Assembly: GCA_016748015.1 (NCBI GenBank)
Contig: JAAOMT010000786.1
Location: 255,903-319,902, forward strand
Direction: 5' to 3'
Source: Geosiphon pyriformis uo1
Lineage: Eukaryota > Fungi > Glomeromycota
DNA length: 64,000 bases
The notes under the pieces are model-generated. The model searched no databases. It saw nothing but the letters and a program-made list of their open reading frames with translations, and was not told the DNA's origin. The position numbers and the translations under genes are program-made. Positions 1 to 12,133 of the stretch are shown here, one piece after another (the first letter of the stretch is position 1; each line of letters opens with the position of its first letter).

Positions 1-3000
1 AGAAAGATCAAGCTTGTTTTTCCAAAGTGACATTTCTCAATGTTTAACTTTAATCCTGCTTTCCGTAATTGTTGAAAAACTTCTCGCAGGTGAATAAGAT
101 AAGTCTCAAAGCTTGGTGAGTATACATCAGTGTCATCAAGATAGACAACTATTGATTGCCACAAGAGTCCTTTATATACAACATCTATAAGACACTGAAA
201 TGTTGCTGGTGCATTGCAGAGTCCAAAAGGCATAACATTGAACTCATAGTTTCCTCCCTGGATGGTAAATGCTGTTTTGGGTCGATTTTTTGGGTCTATT
301 TCGACTTGCCAGTATCCATTTTCCAAGTCTAGAGTTGAGAAGAACTTGGCTTTTCCTAGAGCATCTAGCATGTCATCAATTCTTGGAAGAGGGTAGACAT
401 CTCCAATTGTAACACTATTCAGTTGTCTATAATTAACACAGAATTTGATTTTTCCATTTTTTTTTTAACTAAAACTATTGGTGAGGCCCAAAGACTTCTT
501 GATGGTTGAATCAATCCATTATTGAGCATTCTTTGGACCTCTTCTCTGATGAATTGGTGGCTGGCAGGTGGTACTTGATAAGCTTGTTGACATTTTGGTG
601 GAGCATCTCCTGTATGGATCTGATGTTGAACAATATCCGTTTTTTCTAAGTCATTGTTGTCTTTTGCAAATATATCTGTAAATTCAGCTATCAATTGTTT
701 CAATTGTCTTTGTTGTTGAGATTCTAAGGGATTTATGTTGATTCAAGAAAATTTTTTCTCCAAAAAGTGGTAGTTTTCAGTAGTGGGAATGATATTTGGA
801 TTTGGGAGTAGAGTGTGCCTTACAATTTCGATGAAATTAGAGACAATTTGAGGGTTTTCATTTTGAAAAATATTGCTGTGTATGATTCTAATCTCTAGTT
901 TGTTTAATAAGACAATAGGGTAATTATTGGGGTTGTAGAATGTAACTTGAATTTTTTTCATTCCTTTGGGAATATAAACGTTTAGAATTAAGATTTCATG
1001 CTTCAAACAGATTTGTTCATTGGATTCAAAGATTTGTTGTATAGTGGTGGGTTTTGAGCAAGTGTAAATTTCGTGATGTTCTTCAAAAGGTGAAATGGTA
1101 ATTGGCTGGGAAAGTTGAAGAATCTGGTAAGATTTATTTTGTGTATTAAGAGCTATGTTTACTGGAACTGTAAATTGTCTAGTTGAACCAAAACTTTGAG
1201 TTCCTCTTTCACTTTTTCCCAATTGTTCTTTGTTGTTTACTAATTGTAAACCCGAAATGTTGATTAAGGGTAAGTAGATTGCTTGAGCAATTTTTTTAGC
1301 ATGTTCAATTTTGAATAGTTTGTCTGTTTCATTCTGCAACATAATAGTAATGTCTCCAGTGTATTCTGTATCTATAACTCCTCCTCTAATATTGATTCTT
1401 TTGCTTGCCAATGATGATCTGGAGGCAATTTGAATCATTACTCCTGGTGGAATTTCAAGAGCAATTTTGAGATTGATTTTTGTCAAGGACTTTGGTTGAA
1501 GAACCAAAGTATCTTTTCCTGGGTATCTTAAGTTATATCCAGCATCAATTTTGTGTGCTTTTTCTGGTCTGATTCTTTGGCCATGATTGTCAAAATATTT
1601 AAGTTGTAGAGATGGTTGTTTTTCAAGAAGATAGATGGGAGTGGTTGGTAGTTCTTCTACTAGTTCAGATACTCCAAATTCGATTTCATTTTCATCATTC
1701 CCATCTGGCAGAGGAATGCTAAAAGCATAACATTCTAAACACTATTGGTCATTACAAGGCATAACACATTCTTCACACAATTGAATGTTCATTTGCTCTA
1801 ATTATTGAATTTGAGCTTCTTTGGTCGGATATATGTGGCTTGTAATTTGGTGGTAGGTTTCTACTTTATCTTTATAATCAAATCCAGCTAATTCTATGGT
1901 ATACTCAATATATTCAGCTTCTTTCATTTGGTGGACATCTTTTTGGGTGGCTCTATTAATCAATGCCATTGCTAAATCAAAAATTATTTCAGCATCATGA
2001 GGGTAGTAGTAAAGTTTATTGAAAGCACTGTTATATGCTGCATCAAATGGTGTTTTTCTTCTGATTTTTTCCAAAATTGATAGAACATATTGACAGGTTT
2101 GATCACATACTCCTTCTCTCATTGCTACATCAATCCAATTACATTCTTCTAATAGCATTTTTCCACATGTAAGACAAGGTGTGTTGTCCTATTTTCCACT
2201 TCTTTTTGGAGATTCAAATCGTTCTCTATGGCATGCTTTGCAAAAGTAACAGGTACGAGTTTCATATTCCTTTTCTGGAGAAATACATGCTCCCATTGAT
2301 GAAAGTTTTTTGTTGCAATCTTTGCATTTGAGTAGAATATAGAGTGGTTGTTTCTGTGGTTCTGGTGTAGAATATCTAACTTTCTTCCATCTTCTTGATT
2401 CTTTAAAAATCTTTTGTTCTGTTTCTTCAGCCCAATTGGATGTTGATCCAAGAGCCATGTAGGTTTCAGTAAGTGGCATTTTTTTCTCCTCTTCAAATTC
2501 AAATACTAGAGCTTTTTCTGATTGTTTGTTAAAGATACCACAGGTTGCAGGTACTATGGTATATTGTTCTTGGTATGAGATTTTAAGTTCTTGAGTTTCC
2601 CAGTTCAGGTTTGCATTGGCCTTGAGAAGCCAATCATTTTTGACTAGAGCTTGGTATTGGGGTGCATCCATAACAAAAACTTTAACTGGAATGATGATTC
2701 CATCAATTGAAAAAGGGAAATCATCAATTTCTCCTACTGGAGTCTTCTTTATACCATCAGCTATGACAATAACTGTTTGAGCTGGTCTGTCTACATTTCA
2801 TTTGAGTTGTTGTATCAGCTGGTAAGTGATGATACTTCCAGCTGATCCACTATCTAAGATTAAGTGAATGGGTTTTCCTTCCATTGTAGCTTCTGTGTAC
2901 ATAACAGTAATTGCTTTCTGTTCATTGACTGCTGCATTACTAAGCAGAAATGATGATTCATTTGCTTCAAATTCAAATGGAAATATGTCTGACAGATTGG

Positions 3001-4951
3001 CATTTTGGGCAATTTGAGCTGGTGGAATGGTGTGATTGGAAGGGTTTGATCTTGGTGCTGCAACTTTACCTTCAGAAAGTGCAGTTTGTTGAAAATCCGA
3101 TTCCTCTGGTATTGTAAGATAACTGGGTTGAGTGTGATAGTGATTGGGTCTTTGCTGACCCGAATTTCGGGGAACCAACTGGTTATTTAGATTGATTCTG
3201 TTGTGGTTGTTCTGCAATTGATTTTGGGGTGTGAATTGGTTATGTTGAACCAATCTTCTTGCTGGTACTTGATATTGTTGAGTAAGTGGTGTCTAATATG
3301 GCTGAATTGGTAAAGATTGCTGATATTGTTGCTGTATTGATTGTGGAGCTGGTGGATAATAGTTTTGATTTTATGGTCTTGGTGAATAATAGGTTGGTGG
3401 TAGAGATTGGTAATAGAATTGTTGTAATGAAAAATAATGTTGATTATTTCTGTTTTGTTGATCTCTTTATAATTTCCTACAATCTCGTTTCCAGTGTCCT
3501 AGAATTCCACAATAATGACAATTTTGAGATTGGTTGTTAGATGGTGATCCAAAATTGTTTTGGTTGTGTTGTTGTGAGAGTTGATATCTTTGTAGTTGTT
3601 GTTGCTGTTGTTGTTAGTTTGTGAAGTAGCTTTCAACTTTTTTTGTGAGTTGGTCTATCTTTTCTTCAGCTGCTGAGCTGGTTTCTCTAATTGCAAGGTT
3701 TACAAGCTTGGTGTGATTTGCTTCTTCCATTGCTATTTCATAGCTCTTTGCATATCTAATAGCAGTTGCTAAGTCTGCTGGAACATGTGGATGAACTTTC
3801 TTAATCAGTTTGTCTTTTAATCCTGCTATAAACTGATCCAGAATTTGAGCATCAGAATAGTAGTCATTGGTTTCCAATTGTTGGATTCGTCTGAGAAGTT
3901 TGTTAAATCTTCCAAGATAGGTCATAACAGTTTCAGATGTTTCTTGTTTGATATCGCGAAAGCAGTTTTTGAGAGTGATAGAGGTATTGTTATCAGTGAA
4001 TTGTTATAGAAAAGCATCTTTGAATGCTTGCCAGTTTTCAAATGGTTCTTCTAAGTTTTCAAACCATTCTCCTGCTGTTCCTTGGAGAAAGTAGGGAATT
4101 GCTTTAAGCATTTTTGCTGCAATCCAACCATTTGCATCTCCTGCTTTTTGAACCTTGTCAAGCCATTCTTGAGGACTGGTATCATTGTCTTCACCAGTGA
4201 ATTCTGGGATTTTTGCAATGTAAGCAGTTGTCATTTCTTCTTTGTTTTCTGTAATTTCTTCTGGTTCTGATTCAGTTCCTTCACTTTCCAAGCTTTCTGA
4301 ATAATTACTTTTGTTTTCTTGTAAGTAATCAATAATATTGGCACTTGTTGATATTGGTTCTTGCTGTTGAGTAGGGTTTCTAGGTGACTGAAAATCTTTT
4401 GGTCTAGAGAAGTGGTTGAGTGGTAAATTTGGTGTTTGTGGTTGAACAAATGAAATTGGAAAGAGTGTAATAGAAAGTGGTAATTTGACACTAGTTCTTT
4501 GTTCAGGTGTTTGCAAGTGTTTGACAGGTGTCTTTTGTAGTGTTGGAGTGTTTGGAGTGGTTCTTGAGTATTGCTTCAATCTTTGTTTGCCTTTGTTGCT
4601 TGTTTTTGTCTCTGATTCAAAGTCAAAAGAGTATTTAGACTGTACTGGGTATTTTTCTTCACAATACTCAATAATGTTAAAATTAAGTTCTTGGAAGTAG
4701 GTAGCAAGTGTTTCACTGTTCAGGTCTTCTGTTCTCAATTGTGAATAGTGCACTAAATTATTGTAGAGATTGCTTTTAACTTCTGAGATGTTGTAGTTTC
4801 CAAAAAGATAATTGTTGATGTGGTTTTCAATGTATTGGTATACTGATTTCTTGACAATTTCAATTCCATCTGGAATGTTGAATCTTTGCTTGCAGTGGGT
4901 GTAAATTGACTGGTAATACTCTAGAGTTGCTATGTCTGGTGTAATTGCCAC
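1..4951 (-). pseudogene. Family A gag-pol polyprotein, single reading frame broken by point-mutation stops
   Basis: ORF-track pieces 4004-4951, 3614-3925, 2798-3253, 2189-2671, 1802-2158, 743-1507 and 419-703 all share one frame. Their stops fit CAA>TAA, CGA>TGA or TGG>TAG changes. Confidence 0.9.
1180..1580 (-). pseudogene. dUTPase domain inside family A Pol
   Basis: Five trimeric dUTPase motifs: DAGYNL, ASRSSLA, GGVIDTEYTG, IAQAI, RGTQSFGST. Confidence 0.9.
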
Positions 4952-4980
4952 TTTGAATTTGTTGTTGCTGTGTTATTTCC

Positions 4981-4996
4981 GTGAGAGAGCACCAAA
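4981..4996 (-). promoter_or_regulatory. Primer-binding site of family A
   Basis: Minus strand reads TTTGGTGCTCTCTCAC directly after the LTR end; TGG is complementary to the tRNA CCA. Confidence 0.8.
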
Positions 4997-5968
4997 TGTT
5001 ACCAGAGGTTTTTGGTCTCTTTTATTAAATGTTGGTAATGTTGATTTGCTGTGAATTCACGTTTTCAGGAAGTAGTTGAACCTCCAATAACTGAATTTAT
5101 CTTTAGATTATCTCCTATAATTTGAACTGCTGGGCTTATAAGTGGAATAGCCAATTCCTTGCCAGTTACTTTATGTAGTTATATTGTAGTAAATGTCAAC
5201 TCTTTCCCAAGAATTGCTCATCTGGAAGCTCACTAAAAATGTGTAGTTATTTTGCTGTGAAAGTCAACTCTTCTACAGGAATCTCGTCTATAGGCTATCT
5301 TAATGATTGTAATAAGAAAAGAAAAGAAAAATAAAAGAAATGTAAAAGAAATAGAATTTTGTCAAGAAAAACGTTTTCTATCCAGGCCTGGAGTCACTAA
5401 CAGTTTACTGAAATTGGTAGTTAATCAATTTCAAAATGTTAGTTGGGTTTTAAGGATTTTTCAAGTGCAATAATTAAAGAATTTGGTTTTTTCAAATTAT
5501 TTGATATTTATTTTTTTTTGTGTATGTAGGAATGATTCTAAGTAATAAATCTAAAATAAGATACATTTTCTTGAAGAGAAAAGCTCTTCTTTTATACAAC
5601 TTGTTGTAGTACTAGTCTATGAACTTGCACTTTTTCTTTTTGCTCAAATTTTGGCGAACTAAAGATACATTTTGATGAACTACAAGTTATTTCGCTGAAC
5701 TATTGATTAATTTGAGTGAACTATTTATAATTTCGACGAATTTCTGTAAATTTCAGCAAATTTTAGAATGTTACAAAGTTCAGGGTATTGTGTAATTTGA
5801 TTATTCTACTTTCTGTTATACTAATTAGATTCTTTTAATTAAATCGTGATATGTGATAATTGATTAAATAATAAATAATAATTTGAAATGATATTAATAT
5901 ACTAATTAATTATAGGAATTATAAGGGTAATTTCATGCTAATTAATAGCTAAAATTCTACTGGTAACA
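4997..5968 (-). repeat. 5' LTR of family A (972 bp)
   Basis: Perfect 9-bp terminal inverted repeat TGTTACCAG...CTGGTAACA. It sits beside the PBS on one side and cuts abruptly into another element's gag on the other. Confidence 0.9.
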
Positions 5969-8203
5969 GTAGCCACCAACAATTTGGAACTTGTATTTAT
6001 TATCATATTGGTTGGCTGTGGCCACTCTTTTAAAGTCATCTAATCATTCAATTGAATTTTGTGCATTGTCTCTGAATAATAGTAGTGAGATATTGTTTCT
6101 TCACCTTAAAGCAGTTTGTATGCCTTGGAGGGCGATCAGGATGTTTTGTTGTATGAGGTCATTAGCCATTGGTTCAGGAGTAACTGTTTGTGTGGATGAG
6201 TCTGATTTGCTTGATAAAAAGTCAAAAACAGAAGCAGTTTGGTAGTTTTCTTCTTTTGTTTCAAAGGGAGTTTCAGTTGCTTGATGAGCAGCAATCCAAA
6301 TGTGGATTTAATAATTCAAATATTTGAAATCAGGGGGCTGTTGTTCAAAGGTTGTGAAGTATAAAAGTTGATTAATACTGTTGTTTCTTTCTTCAAAGTT
6401 GTTTTCAAAATGAGCTTGGTCAAAGTAATAAGTTGTATAAGCTGTATAAGTTTCAGCTAAATGCTCATTTAGGAACCAGTTCCAAAAGTCTTGGAATTGT
6501 CTGCTGGATTGTTTTTCAATGGAAAAGCAAATCAAGCAGGAGGGCAAAGGATTGAGTTCAATAAAGTCTAGATTATTTTTGTTATGTGCTTCAAAGTATT
6601 CTTCTGATTGTTGTAGCAAATATGAATAATTACCCATACAATAGAAAGCAAAGTAGATTTTGACAATCTTACAGAGAGCATCACTTTTATGTTATGGGTT
6701 TGAGTAATAAGCTAATGGATAGCAAGGGAGAACAGGATTGTAGGGTGATGGAAATAATCAAAGAGAATTCAACTTCAAAAAGCAAATTGAATAAGTATGG
6801 ATTCAATGTGTAAGATCAGTCTTATAGAATATCTCAGTCGCTATTCTTTCAAAAGAAAACCAAAGAATTTGAAGGTAGAGGAATAGTTTGTACTGTTAAC
6901 AAATAATCACATCTGGTATAATTCTATGTCTCATGTCAGCACTCTTAAAATTCAATATTAGGTATTAGATGTACTCTTCAGTCATGTTTTATTCAATAAT
7001 CTTCAAATGTTGTAATTACACATTTCAGAAAAAGGGTAAGGAATAACCAACAAGTGATCTTTTATCCCAAAATGTTCAGATATTTGAAGATAAGAAAAGA
7101 GAATTAGCAATATTACAGATGATTATTTGGGGTTTCAAGTCAAATAACAAATCTGTAACTTGGTGCTTAGAAGCTATTCACAATGATGATGATGCTAATA
7201 ATGATCTGAAGGTTTTGGTAGAGTCTTTTGTATAATGAACAAAGATTCAATAATTGTTTTCAGTAGCCTCCCGAAATTACAATTCCATCAAATTTCTTTC
7301 TCAGCATGGTGGCCAGTAATCCTCCTGGTAAGCTATTCTCAAATCTATGAGTGTTTTACTCTTGTTTCACAGGTCTTTTACCAGTTTTTATAATATCTGT
7401 ATCTCAGCACTTAATTTTTAATCAATTAGTAAACACAACAAAAATAAAAAAAGATAATAAAAGAAATAAAGAAAGATAAAGAAAATAAGCCAAGGCATTT
7501 ACAAGTTAGTATCCTGTCAATAGCCATGATCAAGAGCTATTGTTCTAGTATTGTTAAGTATCAATTACTATCAACATGAAGTATTAATAATGAAGAGTGG
7601 ATTGAGATAGTAAATAATTATTTATTGATATTTGTGTATAGAAAAGTTGCTTAGATCAAATCTAAACAGAGAGGTCTGTCTTTTCTACTTCTAATACTAT
7701 CACTATATATACATAATTGAGATTCCTCAATTCTTCAATTCTTCACACCAGGAATTTTGGAATTCTTGGAATCTTGTAATTCCTTTGAAAGGAATTCTGG
7801 AATTCTGGAATCCTGCAATTCCTTGTATAAGAATCCTGAAATTCTTAGAATCTTATAATTCTTCTTAAAAGGAATCCTGAAATTTCATATTTACTATAAC
7901 TACTTCTGATTGGCTAATTTATATGCTAATATACTTCCTATATTTTATGAGTAACAGTAATAAGAAAATGATTGAGATGAAAGTTGTTATTTTATTTATT
8001 TGATTTCTTTTTATTTTTATATGCTTTTCTACAGCTAAGTAATTCATTGCTTATATAGCTATTAAAAGTGGTCAATAATCAGGTCAAAAGTCAAGTCATT
8101 GATCAGATTAATGATCACTTTCTAAAATAAAATGGCTAATTATATGACATTAGTGGCTAATATATATAATAATTAATAAGAAGTATAAGTTTTAACCATA
8201 ACA
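5969..8203 (-). mobile_element. Family-B-related gypsy copy (5' LTR 6690-8203, PBS 6666-6683, start of gag), interrupted by element A
   Basis: The reverse complement of 5969-6700 aligns by eye with 29760-30490 (MGNYSY... vs MGDYSY...). The LTR starts TGTTATGGTTAAAA like the one at 36100. Removing the 7111-7956 insert leaves an LTR of about 664 bp, close to the 655 bp of B. Confidence 0.9.
7111..7956. mobile_element. Solo LTR of a further family (E) inserted in the B-like LTR; contains a ~40-bp tandem repeat at ~7750-7885
   Basis: Termini TATTACAG (from TGTTACAG) ... GAGTAACA. Flanks GCAA (7107-7110) and GTAA (7957-7960) form a 4-bp TSD with one transition, and the host LTR resumes on both sides. 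Confidence 0.8.
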
Positions 8204-8399
8204 GTATTAAATCTTTATTGGTTGGAGTATTAGATTTTGTAAGACATTTTTACAAGTATTAAACAAATTATAGAGTCTAAGTACCATTCTAAGTTTATGG
8301 TAAGTGTTTGTTGGTCCAACTGCTATTTTGAATTTATTGTAAATTAGTTTTTATATAGCTTTAGAAGTGAAGTTTGTTGCTTTAAGTTCTAGTTTTTGT

Positions 8400-9330
8400 T
8401 TATAAAATGTTTTTCCAATATAAAAATATTTATAAATAAGGATATATTTATTGTTTTGTTTATTAAAAAATAGTAGAAATTTTGTTGAGTTGTGGTATTT
8501 GGTAAGATGTTAATAGAAACAATTAAAAGATTTTCTTTTAATGCTTATTTCAAAAGTTTTGATAATTAACTTTTAGAATAATTTCTTGTTTTTTTTTTAT
8601 AAAAGTGATATTTCTACAAATTAAGTACTACTAGTGTTGTAGTTTTTTTTAAATATAATTAATTTAATTTTTATTAATTGTTATGAGTAAGTCAAAAAGT
8701 GTTATCAATAATAATATTAACTTTTAGAATATTTGCTAAATGTTTTGGGAAATAATCATAATAAAAATAACCAACTAAAAAAATTTAAAAAAAATAAAAA
8801 AATTATTTTTAGGTATAGAGTTTTTTATATATTTTTGGTTTTGGGTTTTTCTTGTAATTATTTTACTATTTTTGTCTTATAACTGTATTACTAGAAATTA
8901 TTAAGAAAAATGTTAAATTAATAGCTAAAATTTTACTGACAACAATATAAATACTTAATAAGAAAATTTTAAATCTTTATAAAACAAATATTTTCTAACT
9001 ACAACAAATAATTTTTTATGTTACTATTTTTATAATATAAATACATAAAACAATTAAAAACTTATTTATAAAACTTAAAATAATATATATATATTAAAAT
9101 ATTAAACAAATAAAATATATAACCAAATAGTTTTATATATATTACAAATAAAATAATAAGTATTCTTAAAAACTATTTTATTATTAACTATAAAAAATTT
9201 TTATTAATACAAAAAAACTTTATAAACAAAAAAAACATAACTGGTAATTTTATTAGCTTAATTATTATTAAAAATACTAAAATAGTTTTTAATTTTTAAT
9301 CAGATAACCAATAATTTTTTTAAAAAAATC
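8400..9330. other. Hyper-AT relic DNA; includes a decayed family-A LTR terminus at ~8915-8944
   Basis: ATTAATAGCTAAAATTTTACTGACAACA resembles the A LTR end ATTAATAGCTAAAATTCTACTGGTAACA. Confidence 0.5.
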
Positions 9331-9555
9331 TTCTTTTTTTTGTACATTCCAAATTCCCCAAAGAGCACAATTTTGAAAGAAGTTTTTTGTTTTTTCTATC
9401 TGTTTTATTTCACTATTTTTTTTACACATAACCCATTTGTTGTGGATATGGAGACTGCCTCTAGTGGCAGTTTGTCAAGTTTGAAGGCCCCCTTGGGTGC
9501 TTCTTCTGGTCTTACTGGTGGCTTCTTTTCACAAAAGAAAAGAGTTTCTCTTCAT

Positions 9556-10332
9556 TGTTACGGTTTAAGAATTTAGCAAAAAGAATCATAAAAATAATAC
9601 AAACTATTCAATCATAATATAGCACAGTAATAATCTTAGAAAAGTAATGATTAACATAGTAGCAAACACCATCTCGCGATAGTGGCAAGCACCAGTTCAC
9701 AATAGCAGCCAACACCAACTGGTGATAGCAGCAAGCACCNNNNNNNNNNNNNNNNNNNNNNNNNNNNNNNNNNNNNNNNNNNNNNNNNNNNNNNNACTTT
9801 AAATCATACTTTCAAATTAAATATCCCAAGAAACCTTTAAAATCAAAAAGAAATGAAAAAGAATATTTAAAACTGAACTATCACAACCCAAAGTATTAAG
9901 AAACTTACTTGTATTATTTATTGAATAAAACTATCATTCATCAACTGAATCCCTTGGAAGAATAATCCTTGATCAAGATTATTTACGTTGTTACTAATTG
10001 ATAAAAGCTTTATTGTGAGAATTAGAAAAGTGCTAAAGACTATTAACATTCTGTGTTTCTAGATTAGAGAAACACATCAGGCAATTGCAAGGATAGCCTC
10101 AGAGAAGACTCCAGACAGTGGGTAGATTTCAGTTCAGCCTTTGAGAAGGAGTACATAAACACACACAACAATCAAGAATTAAAGAATAACTTACATCGCA
10201 ACAGTAAAAAGAAAGCCTTCAGTGTAACAGTGACATTATCACACAAATAGAATTGAGGAACTCACGAAAGACTGATTGCAATTAAAGCGGGATATCAGCA
10301 ATTAAATATAACAAGAAAATCATCCTGTAACA
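9556..10332 (+). mobile_element. Family C LTR (apparent solo LTR; spans an N gap) inserted in LINE1 ORF1
   Basis: TGTTACGG...CCTGTAACA, near-identical to the LTRs at 43855 and 50882. TSD TCAT (9552-9555) / TCGT (10333-10336). The ORF1 peptide KKRVSL resumes as NVKHSG. Confidence 0.9.
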
Positions 10333-12133
10333 TCGTAATGTCAAGCATTCTGGTGTTAAAGATGGAGTTTTTTTGGCTAAACCTCATTCTAATGGGGGCA
10401 TGTACTCTGATATGGAAAGTAATTCTAGTAGTAGTATTGTTGATGATGTCCTGGTTGGTAGTAGTGATAAGTTTTTTCTCAGTTCAGCTGCTACTACTCC
10501 TAAGACAAAGAAAGTTAAAAATGATTTGGTCTATGGTTCCCCTCTTGGCTCTCTGGATTATGACATGGATAACAATGATGGTGATTTTCTCTCTCCTCTT
10601 CTTGGTATTTCTTTGAAAAAAAAGTGGTTAGATCCCAAAATAGTCAAAACTCAGGTGGAAGTTGCTGTAAAAAAATCTTTTGCTCTGGACATTAATCTCT
10701 CAACTGTGGAAGGCAAATTGGCTATGGCCAAAACTCAGGTTATCAGAAAATTATTTTCAAAAATCAATGGTTTTGGGAGGGGCCACTACCCCCTCAAAAT
10801 TTGAAGGGATCATCAGATCTACCTTCACCTTAGAGATCAGCATAGAAAAGGCCACATCATTGGCCAAAAAAGAGAGGATTACTGTAAACACTGATCTTAA
10901 GAAACAAGGAATTCGTTCAGATCAGGCCATAGTAATAAAGGAAATTCCCATGGATACACCAAAGGGAATGATCATTGCAGCTCTTTCTGAGTTTGGTCAA
11001 GTGGTGTCAATCCAATTGCAACTCATTAGGCTGTAGCAGAAGACTGTGATGGAGTTTGCCGAATTGAGTCAAGCAGATCTGTTGGCAGCTAAGTGGTCAT
11101 TCTTAATCAGGAAAGATTCAGTGTGCATGGCCAAAGCTGTGGGAGATCGTGTGACATGGGCATCAAGGGATCAGTTTAGGGTGCTTTTGTTTACTTTGCC
11201 TGTAGGTACAACTGCACATGATCTTGGAAATCTTTTGGAAAAGGCTGGTGGGAAGACATGTGTCATTAATTGGTCATTAGAAAGTGGCAATAGGACTCGC
11301 TGTACTGTAGTTGGCTTTGAGTCTGACAAAATGTTGGAGTCGGCTTTTTGCACAGTTTCAATTCTTGGTGGAGTGAAGCTTTCTTAGACTAAATTGGGTC
11401 TTGTTTGGTGTGATAGGTGTGGGAAGCTTGGTCATTCAGTTTTGGAGTGTGATGCTGAGATTGCTTCCACTTCCAAGCCTCCAAAATCATTTATAAGATG
11501 GGTCACTTTGGATGAGAATCACTTCCAACTTGCCAAGTTGTATGTGAAAAAGAGTGTTCTCATTTCTTGCCTAGCTGCCTTTGGCGGTAAATCATGGACT
11601 CAGGTTATTTTTTCTGTATCTATATCTTCTGGTCTTTCTGTTGGTTCTGATTCGAGTCTCTCTTTCTCTGGTAGTCCGGGTTCTGGTGGTCTGTCTCCTT
11701 CTACTTTCTTACTTAACTCTGCTTTGAATGAATGCTTGTTATCTTTGGAATGATCTTTGGGGCTCTTGTTGAACCAAGTATCATGTATACTAAAATGCCT
11801 AAATGGTGCCAGATTGGTGCCTTTGGTGTCTGTTTCAAATGAAACTCCTGCTATGTCTGTCTCTCAACCTCTTACTTCAGTTCTGTCTGTGGTTGCAAAT
11901 TCAAATTTTCTTTCTAATATGGTCTTGAATAGTCCAGATAGTCTTTCTAATACCCCTCTCCCTATTGCTACTAATGATCCAGTTCTTGGCTTGAGCAGTT
12001 TTAAGGTCTTAACTTCCAAGTTGAGCAGTCTTGAATCTAAATTTGTGGCTCTGGAAGTTTTGGTAAATTCTATTTTAGTGAGGTTTGATTAGTTGTTTGC
12101 TGGCTTGAAGTCATTGTTGTCCTTCAAGTCTCA

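Larger units (their letters stand above)
1..5968 (-). mobile_element. Ty3/gypsy LTR retrotransposon family A, 5' part (LTR-PBS-gag-PR-Cys-rich-dUTPase-RT; runs off the window start)
   Basis: LTR 4997-5968 and PBS next to it. Minus-strand peptides include a CHYCGILGHWKRDC zinc knuckle, an LILDSGS protease motif, dUTPase motifs, and RT motifs (SPIVLVKK; YLDD near 130-145). Confidence 0.95.

Noticed and set aside
9556-10332. Firm call as a true solo LTR
   Set aside because: The 56-N gap replaces at least ~145 bp, so a collapsed full-length element cannot be excluded.
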